Assembly: GCF_001194135.2 (NCBI RefSeq)
Contig: NC_068992.1
Location: forward strand, 28,001,195 to 28,065,194
DNA: 64,000 bases
Direction of reading: 5' to 3'
Origin: Octopus bimaculoides
Lineage: Eukaryota
Below the pieces are notes generated by a model. The model saw only the letters and a program-made list of their open reading frames with translations, was not told the DNA's origin and made no database searches. Position 1 is the stretch's first letter; each line of letters starts with the position of its first letter. The position numbers and the translations under genes were made by a program. Positions 37,858-50,916 of the stretch are shown piece after piece.

Positions 37858-39722
37858 AAAGGAGAGAATATTGCAAATATAATGGAAGAGAGAGAGAGAT
37901 GGCTCTCAGTAAATAAGGGGTGATGTTAAATGTGGAGTTGACTGTGCTACCATCTCTTCTTACTTTGGTGGCTGATGATGGAAAAGAGAAAGTGGTAGTA
38001 GTGAGATACATTGTGAGTGGAGAGGAGTGATGGATACTGGAGTAATGGAAAGAGAGGGAGCAGGAAATGTAGATTTAATATGAACATGATGGTTGGGAAA
38101 AACTTAGTGTAGATATTACAGCGATTCTCTATCACCAAGAGATTCATGTTTATAGCTCTTGTGTTTGTATACAATGCATTCAACACAAGTCCTGGTCATT
38201 TATCATCGTTCAGCTGCTCACTTTGCCCCTTATCTTCCTTTGTTTTTCTCTTCTATTTGGAACATTTGTCCCTATTCTTGGCTTGATCTTATTTCAGTTT
38301 TTCTCAACTTGCTACTAACGAGCATTTAAATATTGATCATTTTATGGGCTTTACAAGGGAACCGTTGGATATTTGATACTGGGAATTGTAATTTGGGTTC
38401 ACCATAGGCACAAGTGTGGCTATGTGGTAAGTTTGTTTCCCAGCCACATGGTTCAAGGTTCAATCCTACTGCTTGGCACCTTAGGTAAGTGTCTTCTACT
38501 ATAGCCTCAAGCTGACCTAAGCCTTGTGAGTGGATTTGTTAGATGGAAACTGAAGTCTTTTGGTTGTGTGTCTGCGTTTGTCCCCCTACCCACCATTTGA
38601 CAACTGGTGTTGGGGTGTGTATGTCCTTGTAACTTAGCAGTTTGGTGAAAGAGACTGATAGTATAAGTAACAGTATTTTGAAAATAAGTATTAGACTCGA
38701 TTCATTCAACTAAAATTCACTCCAGCATGGACGCAGTCTAATGACTGAAATAAAGGGTAAATAGCAAAATGTTTCTTTTTGTCAGAAAACCTGACTCACC
38801 CTTGGTGCATAACTGGTACTAATTTGATCAAACTCCCTCTGTTGTGGAAGGATGAAAGGTAAAGTTGACCTTGGTGGGATTTGAACTCTCGATGTAAATA
38901 GATGGAACTAAATGATTGTCAGTCACCTGCCTTAAGTGCTTCTATGTAGTTGCTTATTCAGCTAACAATAGCAGCCAAATTTCCTTCAAATAATACTCTT
39001 TTAAATGACAGTCATGAGTAGATTCCCTTTGATCATAACATTTTGATCCTAATACTATGATCTGTTGATCTGGGGTTGATCTGAATTAACAGCAATAATT
39101 ATTTCTAATTAAGGCACAGGGCCATTAGTTTTGAGAGGAGGGTTAGCTGATGTCATTGATACCAGTATTTGACTAGTACTTTATTTTGAGTTCAAGGATA
39201 AAAGGCAAAGCTTAGCTACCTTGGTGGTATTTGTTCCAGCTTTTTTACATTCTGAATACAAATCCTGCCAAGTATTTTTTGGGTGTTCTACCAATTCTGC
39301 CAAATCTGCCTGTGGAGAGGGAACAGTCAATTTAATCAACTGTTCCTTTCAAATTTCTGGTATTGTCTCCCTAGGTTAGAAATCAACTGCACCCCCTTCT
39401 CCATCATTCCCATTCTTGATTGCTGTTTTGTTTTGAACCCGACAAAGGTGAGTGGCAAAGTTTACCTTTGTGTTGTTTGAACTCTGGACAAAGAACCAAG
39501 AGAAATATCACAGTTGACATGAAGTTTAATGCTTAGTAACATTGCATCTACTTTTGTGTCCTTGGTTCAAGTTCCACCAAGGTCAACCTTGCCTTTTATA
39601 CTTTCGGTGTTGTTAAAATAAAGTACCTGTTAAGTACTGGGGTTGATGTAATCAACTTACCCACCCCACCCTCAAATTTCAGGCTTTGTTCCAAAATTTG
39701 AAACCAATATTTCTTTCTTTCC

Positions 39723-39761
<39 letters not shown>

Positions 39762-41001
39762 TTTTCTGCTTACAACACCAAGTTTTAAATACACTGACCA
39801 CTCGATTTAAAAAAAAAAATTTTTTTTTTTCTATTTTTGTACCTTAAAAGTCTTTTAGTTGGCTGACAAATACTTATGTATTGGGGTGAAGCACAACTTT
39901 GTTTTGGCTGCTTATTCAAACGAGTAACAGTAGCGACTGCTTTATTTCGAAATTTGTGCCAGTTTTGTTGTAGTTGGTGGCAAGCAAACACAAAGCAGGT
40001 CACTATGACATTAAACTTTAAAGTACATGTTGTCGTTCATGTGATAGTTGGCCTGTAATAAGTTTTGCATTTCAGAACACCTTGACATTTTTTCTGGAAA
40101 GTACTTTCACTTGTATCTGGTGTCTGTGGAGTGTTTAAAACCTCACAAAGCATTGTGTTGGGAGTGGACAAAGTATGTGCACGTGTGTGTGCGTGTGTGC
40201 ACGCACCCGTATGTAAAGTGTATATGTATGTCATCTTTTTTTTTTTTTTTTTTCACTTGTCTTGGTCATCATACCATGGCCATGCTGGGGCACCGCCTTG
40301 AAATTTAGTTGAATGAATTGATGCCAGTACTCTTTTTCTTTTTTTTTCTTTTTTTTTTTTTAAATTTGTTTTTTTTAAAACCTGGTACTTATTCTGTTGG
40401 TTTTACTTTTGCTGCACTGCTAGGTTATGGAGGTGTAAACACATCGACACTGGTTGTCAAGCAGTGGTGGGACACACACACACACACACACACACACGAC
40501 ATACTTCTTTCAATTTCTGTCTATCAAATCCAATTACAAGGCTTTGCTAAGCCCGAGGCTATAGTAGACTCTTGCCCATGTTGCTGTGCAATGCGACTGA
40601 ACTCAGAACCATATAGGTGGGAAGCAAACTTATTACCACAGAGCCACATATGTATTTACATAAAGCATGTATTTAAAGTGTGTGTGTGTGTGTGTGTGCA
40701 CGTACCTAAAGTATGTGTTCCAGTATACACATGTAAATGCGTATGTACCTACATTGACTGCATATAAATGTAATACTGACCACTTTTTCATTTTGTGTTG
40801 CTGGGTTGTCCCAATGTCTGTATTTCTGTCATTTTCAGTATGAAAATTTTCTGAGTCTCATTTTTATATAAGTTTTGTGATAAATTTTCACCACAGCTTA
40901 ACCAGGGTCCACCTCTCTTGGACAAATGTAGAAAGTCAGAGCTGAAATATTCTGTTGCTGGCATTGGACTATAGCCATGGCATTTTCTTGCTCCTAGTCA
41001 C

Positions 41002-41237
41002 ATTCTTATTTCTTTATTGCCCACAAGGGGCTAAACATAGAGGGAACAAACAAGGACAGACGAGCAGATTAAGTCGATTACATCAACATCAGTGCGTAAC
41101 TGGTACTTAATTTATCGACCCCGAAAGGATGAAAGGCAAAGTCGACCTCGGCGGAATTTGAACTCAGAACGTAAAGACAGACGAAATACCGCTAAGCATT
41201 TCGCCCGGCGTGCTAACGTTTCTGCCAACTCGCCGCC
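41002..41237 (-). mobile_element. SINE family B, intact with TSD
   Basis: 18-nt TSD TTTCTTGCTCCTAGT(C/G)AC at 40984 and 41238. Other copies at about 2370, 3132, 7555, 8660, 31070, 37393, 39540, 54740 and 58700. Confidence 0.85.
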
Positions 41238-42223
41238 TTTCTTGCTCCTAGTGACAATCTGTGACCGGCATAGCATTAGGGTTAGGACTTGTTTAGCTTA
41301 ATGTCAACCCTGATTGTGCAGACTGTTCTATTTTTCAAAGGTGTTCCAGCTGTGACCATATTTTTTTAAGGCTATTATCAAATGCCTTCTTTTACAGCTT
41401 TTATTTCTGGTTGGTCAAGCAACCTTGAAGCAACTCCATTATCAGCTCAAGGAGGGCAGTTCATAGTTGGCCACTTGGGGGATTTGAACATAGAATATAG
41501 TGGAACAAAATTACTGTATCTTTAGTTTACCTGAAGTTTTCTACATTTTTAAATGTCTGTTTGCAGTAGTCCAGAAGGATTGATGCTTTCATTAAAGATG
41601 CCCCGCTAAGTGCAATATCTTGTATTTGTTTTGGCTTCAGAGTTCAAATCTCACTACAATCAACTTGACTTTCATCTGTGTGCGTGTATGTGAGGAAGAG
41701 AGAGATACAGTGTCATCTGGCACCTCACTGGGGCTCACAGACTAGTTGTAACTGGAAACCCTATAAGCTTGGTTACAACCTCTGTTTGCCAAAATCTTGA
41801 TTTACAGCCTTCTCTTTACTGTATAAATTAATTCCTCATCTTAACACTGGAACAAGGATCCCAAATCTTTTTGCCTTTGGACACACTGGTGATGAAATTT
41901 CTAGTTTACAGGTTTTTTGATGGTCAGAGGAAGCTCATCTAGCTACCTAAATAGTGAGGGTTATCATTATGCCAGTTCGCACTAAACATAGGCTATTGTT
42001 TAGCAAAATATCATACCCAATAGTCACATGGCTTAGGGTTACAGGTGAAGCCATAGGAAGCAGCATAGTGGACATATGGTTTTGGTGACCAGTGGTGATA
42101 CTAGTATGAAGCTGGACAGAGGAATTTTTGAGGCCATTGACTTGAATCACCAAGTTCTGAAGCCATTGTCTAGACCTGGTAACCATGACCAAATGATGCA
42201 TAAGAAGTTAAAATTAAACTGTT

Positions 42224-42784
42224 TTCACCCTTTAGCATTCAGATTGCCTTGTCAAATGTATTGCTTATTTATTGACATTGTTTTGAATTAATTATTGTCA
42301 TAGCTTTCAGATTTCAATGATGTGCTTGCATATATTTAGAATGATATTGTAGGGTAGATGTGAGGGGTTGGATCTGGTTAGTTAAGATAAAGCAGGCAAA
42401 ATATTTGGGCCAGGTTTAAGTTAAAAATTTAGAGAAAATATAAATTATTTGTATACTGTAATTAAGAGTAACACATTTCTTAAAACTTCAAATGATATCT
42501 TTAGAATCCATGCTTGTGCCTTCCCTTGTGGTACACTGCTTGTGGGCCACTGGATTAACTGTTTAGCATTTAGATTACTGTCAAATGTAATGTTTATTTA
42601 TTCATTGTTTTGAATTAATCATGCATTATCTCTTAGCTTTTGAGATTTCATTTCATTGATGCGGCTGTTCGTTTTTAGAACGACATTGTAGGGTGAGTGT
42701 AAGAAGCTAGATCTAGCTATTTTGAACATAAAATTGGTAGAATATTTGTACTGGATATAAGCAGTTTAAATGCTAAAAGGTTAA
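42224..42784. mobile_element. Two piggyBac-type MITE copies (about 42224-42424 and 42555-42784)
   Basis: Same body as 27-246. Confidence 0.65.
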
Positions 42785-43846
42785 AGTAATAATCTAACAA
42801 TTGCAAGGTTTTTATGTTCCTGTCTTGTTAAGGTCAAGGCATCTTTTTTATCTGTAGAATGGTTGTTTAACTCTAGGTCAGCCCTAAATAAGCAGATCTA
42901 TGATTATACATTCTAGCTATGAATATCCCATTTTGTGACATTATCGTTGACCACTCTTTATTTTGTCTAAGACAATGGGATGTGATTTAAAGGGTAAGTT
43001 GGCTGCTATTTTTAGCTTATAGACACTTCTTTGTTGATTTGCAGCTGTAAATAGATATTATGTACAGCTATGCACAGCCTGTTAGCATTCAAAAGTATTT
43101 TAGAAGATTGCAATGATTGAATAGAATGACCTTATGAAACCTGCAGTGATTTGATATTGTATTTTGTGGTGAAGTTGATATTTTTCAACCTTGACCTTGT
43201 AACATTAAGTCACTAATTTGTAAGAGGGCTTTTAATGGTGGTTGAATCATCCTGAGTATTTGATTTGATTTGGCTTATTTAGGAGTGATCTTATTAACTG
43301 GTATTTAACTAGTAGTTTATTGGCTTTTGGTTGGGAGTTAAAATAGTTAAGTTCAATGATATTAGAATTTAGATGAGTGAAATATGGTTCTGAATAGAGT
43401 AAAACCTTCAGCCTGGTTCCTCTGCTGTTCTGCTCAATTTGCTTCTTTGGAATTAATTCCAGGCTTTTAGTTTCCTACGAAAATTCTTAATAAATTTGTT
43501 GTTTTAGTTTTCATATTGAGACTGCTTGAACAGACTTGTAACATGGCAGAAACTAATAAAATTTAAGAGCCATGCATGCTGATTCCATGTAAGAGGCATG
43601 CTTACTAGCACCATGTAAGAGGCACCTATTGCACTCTGTAAAGTGGTTGACCTTAGGGCATCCAGATGTAGAAATCATGCCAAAACAGATGTCTTGGGCC
43701 TGGTGCAGCTCTCCAGCAGGCCAGCTACTGTTAAAAACTGTCCAACCCATAGGAAACATGTTAAATGATGATACATGTTTTGGACATGTTTGTAAGGTAT
43801 GATCTGTCTCTGAACTTCATGGATGGAATCTGGTTCTAATCAATCA

Positions 43847-44053
43847 TTAACCCTTTAGCATTCAAATTATTCTGTCAAATGTAAAGTTTGTGTATTCACA
43901 CTCATTTTAAATTAATCGTGCATTATTTCATGATTTCAATGATGTGATTGTTTATTTTTAAAATGACACTGTAATGTAGCTATGAATGCCCATATCTGAC
44001 CAGTTTGATAACAAAGCAGAATATTATGGCTGGTTTAAACACTAAAGGTTTAA
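43847..44053. mobile_element. piggyBac-type MITE copy
   Basis: TTAACCCTTTAGCATTC start, same body. Confidence 0.65.
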
Positions 44054-44229
44054 GCTTTAAAAAAAAGTGGACGGTGGAGAACAGGCTTCTGACTTGGAAG
44101 TTGGGAGATTTACTTGCCAGCCAAGTGAGTTGATCTGAGTCCGTTGAAACTAAAATGATTGCAGTGTGGAAGACACATTCAACCATTTAGAAACACACAA
44201 ACTGTTAACTTAAGCATTATCTGTCAAAA

Positions 44230-44515
44230 TTTTGCACCAATTGCAATGAGTCATTGACGCAGTTCCAATGAGTCAGTAAGTTAGGAGGTCAAAAGAAAAG
44301 AGAAGAGTATGTGGAATGCAACCAAATACTGAGTTAACTGACCAATTATGAGTGCCCAACCAGAACGACTGACCTATATAGAACAAGCGGTTCATAGTCT
44401 TTGAACCTATATTACCAACGAACAATTTCATCACAAGCCAGATGTAGTGGAATGATGCAAATGACCAGGTTGCAGTTGGTGCAACAAAAATTTTCATACT
44501 AATAAGCACTTCAGT
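44230..44515 (-). mobile_element. Possible mariner remnant
   Basis: TTGGTGCAA terminal-like motifs on both sides and a weak PHxxYSPDL-like remnant. Confidence 0.3.
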
Positions 44516-45363
44516 GAAGTTAAGTTTTTGTGTTTGTGAATGACTAGGAAGCCATTGAAATCAAGGTGTTGGCAATAAGTTTAATTACAGTATAAATAGT
44601 TCAGACAGATGCTCTATTGTAGAATAAGATACTTCACTGATCTGGGTTCAAATTCTGCTGGTCATTTGGCTTTTATTCCTTGAAATTGGGATGGGGTGGA
44701 GATAATTGACAGCTGGATTAGAGATATAAGTATGATCTATTTTATGTGCAGCAGTCTTTGAAAAGCTGATTGCAAATGAATTGAGAAATTAGCTGGAAAT
44801 TAGAGACTTAGTTGGTGTGTTTGAATGGCCGCTGGGTGTTAATTGTTGATGTCCCTTAACTTAATGGTTCAACAAACGTAAAACAGTAAAATAAGTACAT
44901 CTATCCTTGATTATCACAGTTGGTTCCAAAAGAAAAGAGAATGTGTTGAATAATAGAATATGGAGTGGTATGGAGAGCAGGTTTTGTTCCAAGACCCCCC
45001 CCCCCCACAAGTTGTCCTCAGAATTGTGGATTGTCACTGTGGCATACTTTTGCAGTCAGCACAGAATCTTTCACTGGTCACTGACCAGTGATAGCAGAGA
45101 TTAATTTGTGACAAGCATAACATGGTTTGCAATTGAGTGGATCAGGTTATCGTAGATCAGTGATGCGTGAGAATAGCTGTACGAGGTTTAAAAAGTACTG
45201 GGGTTGATATGGTTGACCAAACCCTTGAAGGCAGTCTCTGGCGCGACTGAAGTCATCACTGCAGTTAAAAGATGTGGCTGTAACTCAGACAGTCCAGAAG
45301 TGAAGTTGGATCTCTGGATGCTGTGCCTCACAAATATGTGGTTAACAAGAATGGTTATAGTAC

Positions 45364-45600
45364 AGATTATTTGCCAACATAACATGGCAGTTCTGGTTTA
45401 GGACGAATGTTGCTGTAATTTAGCCACAAGAGATATCGTCTCCAGCTGGCTATATGACACGATTTGTGTCTTTACCTAAATCTAAAATGTAAGGACACAG
45501 ATCGTATCGTATAGCCAGCTGGAGACAATGTCTCTTGGGGCTAAATTACTGCAATATTCGTCCTAAACCAGAACTGCTATGTTATGTTGGCAAATAATCT
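45364..45600. repeat. Foldback palindrome: 112-bp arms, 13-nt loop
   Basis: Arms 45364-45475 and 45489-45600 are reverse complements at 102/112 positions. Confidence 0.95.
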
Positions 45601-45984
45601 TTAATCTAGAGTACTGTTGCAGAATATTGCTTGTTGGGAGATTTTACAAATAGTAAAGAATGATTACATTAGAGATCAATTCTAACTAGAGGAAATAATT
45701 GATGTTAAAACAAGAATTGATGAAATAAAAGTTTGTGAAGAGGCTTTAAAGAATTCTTTGTTTTTGTTTTAAAAATGGTTTGGAATGTGGCTGTTGGAAT
45801 ATTTCTTTTGAAATATAACTGTTGCATTAAGTAAATAGAATGAAATATAGAACCGTGTCCTTTATTAGTTTGATGGAGTGGTTGTAGATGATTTTGAATG
45901 CCTTCTGTTGCTTGATTAAACAAATCAGTTGTTTATTCTTTAATCTTGTGAAATCTACTTCACATGTCTTATTTTCAATTTCAG

Positions 45985-46140
45985 ATACCAGAAAATGGAC
46001 GCGACATCACAATCTAAAGGGGCGTAACCCAGCTGCTCGTTCCTATCACGCAGCTGTGATGATCGGTAACCGTATGGCTTTGATGGGTGGTAGGAGCCAG
46101 TCTGAAAGTCATTTTGCTGATATCCACATTTTAGATTTGG
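45985..46140 (+). CDS. Kelch-repeat protein, exon 7 (kelch 5: DTRKW...PAARSYHAA...ALMGGRSQSESHFADIHILDL)
   Basis: TTTCAG| acceptor, 156 nt, phase 1-1, G|GTAAGT donor. Confidence 0.93.
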
Positions 46141-47203
46141 GTAAGTTCAGGTTTTTTGTTTTTTTTCAAAAAGGGTTTTCCTCAAACTATTCTTTTTTTA
46201 ATAATTTTATTAAAGGTATTCTGGTGAACTACTGCTCATTTATTTTTTTCTTCTCTGAGTTTTAAGTTTAAATTATTATTATTGGGGCTGAATTAATATA
46301 TTCGGTATAAGTAGAGCTAATTTAATTTTTCCTAGTCCCCATCATAAAAGATTTTGCAGGATGACAAGACAAATAAAAAAAATTTTAAAAATCGAAGTTT
46401 GGCACAGTAAAGGGGGAGTAACTCTTAACACATGAGTTCACATCCAAAATACTGCAAACCAACTCGAAAATTCTCAGTTCTTTCCTCGTGCTATAAATAC
46501 GCAATTATTTTCGCTTCAGATAAAAATAATTTAAATTTCAATAAAATTTTTGTTTTTAAACAAATATTTAAATATTGATTTGTACTTGTCTTTTTGTTTT
46601 AAGACTTTCATACCAACTAAAAATATTGCCAATTTTGTTAAACACATTAACATCCACATTTATGTGGCTGGTGTTTTCGAGCGATTGGAAAGATTAAAAT
46701 CAATGGAAGGATCAATGAAGAATTGGTAACTAGTAACACCAACAAATCTACCCATCTGCGATGGAGGCGTAAAATGAGGGAGGGAAGTCATAAGAGCATT
46801 ATGTATTGAGAAATGTGTAAATGGACTTGATAGATTACTGAGTGATGTCTTAGAGAAATCACATTATTGTTGGTGATACAGCATTCTATTGCAGCTATAT
46901 GAGATGTATTTGCTACTAAGTGACAGGTGATGACGATTCACTCCTGAACTCCCAGGCTCTGTATCATGAATGGTTATGCGGACCACTCCTAACGAAGGCA
47001 AGAGATTCTTTCGACCACTACATAAAAAGTATTTAAAAAAAAATGTTATTTAGATATATTTTTTATTTTAGTTGTTTACACTATTTCACGCTTGTTTATA
47101 CTCTTATACATTCAAAGTTCACAAATCTCCTTCTTTAAATTACGAATTATATCGTCTACAAAGAAGTTTTGTAATCATATTCCTTTCGATAATATCAATA
47201 TGA

Positions 47204-47403
47204 TTACAAGACTTCTTTGTAGACGATGTTTTCTGTTTGGTCGACACTAATTTAGAAATTACTGGACTCCATTGCTCTACTAGTAGTGACATAACTGGTC
47301 GTGTGTAAACATCAGAGTGGGTAAAAATACACCTACACAATCTGAAGTCTGGCCCTGTGCCTTATTTGCTGTGAATGTGCAAGTGGAATCTTCAGGAATC
47401 TGC
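47204..47403 (-). mobile_element. Helitron RepHel helicase C-terminal remnant
   Basis: TANKAQGQTSDCVGVFLPTLMFTHDQL, then SRA...QTENIVYKEVL*, matching the Helitron/PIF1-like consensus TINKAQGQTL..VG.YL...VFSHGQLYVALSR...TKNIVYKEVL. Confidence 0.75.
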
Positions 47404-47804
47404 CCATCTATGATGGGAAATAAAGGGATAGTATTGCAAATGGAAACCCTCTAAATTCACCAACTATAGTGGTGGTGGTGGTGGGGGGAATCCAGAGTTA
47501 ATCCTTGTTGCTGGAATTTTAACAAAAAAGAAAAAAAATCAAGAGTATTTAGTGAATATTGAGTTTCATATAAATAAATCAATCATACTTTTTCACATTT
47601 TTTTCCTGATTACCTCCTTCACAACCCTGAAAAACATCATGACCATTGTTTCAGCTGTTTGACCGCGAAAAAGGAACACAGACAGACGTAATGCCCATTA
47701 TCATAATAAGTTGACTTCCTTTTGTTTTTATTAGTTATCTCCTCCTTAATTTACTTTTTTCTACCCCCGTAAACTGAACAGTTACCCTCAATATCCACTA
47801 AATA

Positions 47805-50266
47805 CAGTATTTGCTGGTGTATTAACTGCATTTTTTTCAGATGAGAAAATCCAGGAAAAAGGGGGTGCAGTTTATATACAGGTACAAAGAAAAGTCTGTC
47901 TAAAACCCGAACATTACTTCATGTAATGATCCAAGATTCATGGGGTACTAGCTCCCCTTACAATTCTTGCTATTAAAACTGGTAAAGAAGACTGTTTAAA
48001 TATTCTTATTTCAGTATCATCGTCCATTTTGTCGATCACACGCCTTTGAAGCCAACATGTGCAGGTATCGTCTCAGTTGCAGCCTCTGCTTCGATGGTGC
48101 TGCATTACTGTAGAAGAGGGACGTATGCCGGTAGAAAAGTAGCGAGAATTTCTGTAAAGACTTACCCTTTGTCCAACAAATGCACTATGATTGACAGCTG
48201 ATCGCAATTTCTACTCACCTTCTGATTTACCGCGAATTACGAATTCGGTAATTCCCATGTCTATAATGTAAACAACTATTGTTTGGTGACCCGGATGTAT
48301 GACTTATTTTGCCATGTAGGGAAATGAGAGAGAGAGGGAGAGCTGTGATTCATTCTTGAACGTGATTCATGAAATGTATTTAGTAGGTAAGAAGTAAATT
48401 AAAATGGAATATGAAGAATTATTTCATATAAGAGGAGATAAGTGCATTTATTCAGAATCATCTTGAACCGGGAAAGGTAAGCTTCATCACCATCACAAAT
48501 GCTACGAGGGAATATAAATCAAGTCAACTGGAATTTCATTACCATACCTTAAAGTACTGGTAAGTGCACAGGTTTGTTTGTTTATTGTAATATATCTACG
48601 TAAAGAAAATCGTAATGATTGAAGGAAGCTTTCAAGCTACATCCAATTGTTTGGACTGTAATTAGCTTTACAAACTCATCTACTTCGCTCTTCAAGTTCA
48701 ATGACGGTCAAGTCATCATGCTGAGACGAGCATTCACAGCCGTCTTCAAGCTCTCAGTTTCCAGGTTTGCTGATGAGTTTGGAAACTGTGCTGTGGGCTG
48801 TCACTTCAGGGTTGACGAATCTGTTGCCCAACGATGGTGCTCCAATGAAGCCACAATCAAGTTGATGCCCAAGAAGGCAGTGAGGGGCAACAAGGCACAG
48901 TGGCCGGAATTGGAGGAGAGGCTTTTCGGCTGGGTGAAGAGGATGCCGGGACTTGCGGTGTTGATACTCACCCTTAGAATCGAGGCCAAGATCACCAAAT
49001 ACATCGGCATCAGAGACTTCTGTTCCAGTAGATAGGCTTTCTGGTTTATGCACAGGTATGATCTGTCCATTAGGCGAGAAGACCAAGCGGTTCCAGCAGT
49101 TTATCATCAACCTGCGTAAACGGCATCAGTACTCTCTGAGCCACATTGGCAGTGCAGACCAGACTTCCCTCACATTTGATCTTCCGATGGGGAGAAGACT
49201 GGAAATTATCATGACAGGTCACGAGAAGGACAGTTTTATGGTGATGCTGGCTTTGCATGGCTGATGGAGGAGAGCTGCCACTGTATATCGTCTTCAAGAG
49301 GAAGGCTCTGCTCAAAGATGTCAAGTTTCTGGAAGGTCTCATCGTCCGAGCACAAATGAAAGGTTACATGGATCAGGCACTCATCGTGGACTGGCTTCGG
49401 ATAGTGTGGGGTCGGTGCATCAGTGGACTGCATCAGAGGAGTCTCCTGGTTCTCGACGCATTTAGATGCCACAAGTCGGAAGAAACCAAGGCGAAGATAT
49501 ATTGTCCAAACATCGACTTGGCAATGATCCCCAGCGGGGAATGACATCCCTCCTTCAACTCTTTGATGTTACAATCAATAAACCGTTTAAGGACCATCTC
49601 GAGCACTGCTGAGAGGATTGGATGGCCAATGCAGCGAAGGAGATGACAAAGACCAGGTGCACAAAAAAAAAAAAAAGACTTGGACAATCTTCGAGTGGAT
49701 CCTGAAGATCTGGGAGGAAATTCCAGAAAACATCAAATGGGCTTTCCTGAAGTGCTGCATATCCAATGCGCTTGATGGCACAGATGACATCTTGTGGGAA
49801 GATGACGCTCTCTCTCCTGACTATTCTCACTTCAGTGATGACAAGGATGAACTGGCATATGTTGATGATCAACTCTGTGAGGTCTTCAATGGTTCGTCTG
49901 ATGACGAAGAGTTGTTAGGCTTTGAGTGAAGCTTCTACCCATTAGGACCGCTCCTTGTTAGGACCACACATTTTCAAGAAAGAATATATAGGTCACAATA
50001 TGAATAAATCATATAAACACACATAATAAAACGACGTTCTCTTATCTCTTGCATTTAAAACCTGGACTTTTTCTTCCATTAATAATTATGAATATCAGTG
50101 ATTGCAGTCGGAAATGTTTAAGTTTGAAATCGTCACGAAATTGAAGTTTGTATTCATCCTACATTTCTCCCTTTCCGTTAGCCCCAGTTGTTTCTGGTTT
50201 CCCCCATGTATTTCCCCCGTCGGGGACTGAAAATCAGGGGTGTGGTTTATACACTGGCAAATACGG
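47805..50266 (+). mobile_element. pogo-family (POGK-like) DNA transposon with TIRs and TA target duplication, degenerate transposase
   Basis: RRAFTAVFKLSV, WPELEERL, KGYMDQALIVDWLRIVW, RSLLVLDAFRCH and FLKCCISNALDGTDD. TIRs CAGTATTTGCTGGTGTATTAAC and CCGTATTTGCCAGTGTATAAAC, each flanked by TA. Confidence 0.9.
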
Positions 50267-50446
50267 TAATCATACTTTTTCACGTTTTTTTTGCTAAAAA
50301 CCTTCCTGATTTCCTCCTTCATAATCCTGAAAACACTGTGACCATTGGGTCCAGCTGTTTGACAATGAAGAGGGCACAGACGGACATTATAGTAAGATGA
50401 TGACATAACAAACATAACGATTTAATTGCTTTGGTTTCCATTTCAG

Positions 50447-50620
50447 AAAAGAACCACTGGTTACAGCCAACTGTGTTTGGTGATATCCCTTCTGCTCGGG
50501 GTCAGCATTCAGTAGTTGTGTGTGGTGATGTGTTAGTGGTCCATGGTGGCTCTTCTCAATTTGATACCACTACGATGCAATGCCAGAAACATTTCACTGA
50601 CACATATGTTGCAAAAATAG
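50447..50620 (+). CDS. Kelch-repeat protein, exon 8 (kelch 6: EKNHW...PSARGQHS...VVHGGS...FTDTYVAKI)
   Basis: TTTCAG| acceptor, 174 nt, phase 1-1, G|GTAACT donor. Confidence 0.93.
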
Positions 50621-50691
50621 GTAACTGCTTTTGATTTCTTCATTCAGTCAGCTTTGTTGTTGTTTATCTCCAATCTTAATCCCTGAAAGTG

Positions 50692-50916
50692 TTCACCTTT
50701 AACATTCAGATTTCTCTGTCAAATGTAATGTTTATATATTCAGATTATTTTGAATTGCGCCTGCATTGTCTCGTAGCTTTGAGATTTCAATGATGTAATA
50801 ATGTATTTTTAGAATTACATTGTAGGGTAGGTGTGTGGCTGGATCTGGCCAATTTGGACACGAATTAGGTAGAATACTTTGGCTGGACATGGTCGGTTTA
50901 AATGCTAAAGGGTTAA
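50692..50916. mobile_element. piggyBac-type MITE copy (partial copy also at about 51060-51160)
   Basis: Ends AATGCTAAAGGGTTAA. Confidence 0.7.

Noticed and set aside
48619-49929. Domesticated POGK-like host gene
   Set aside because: Multiple frameshifts and stops with TIRs and TA duplication retained indicate a decayed transposon.
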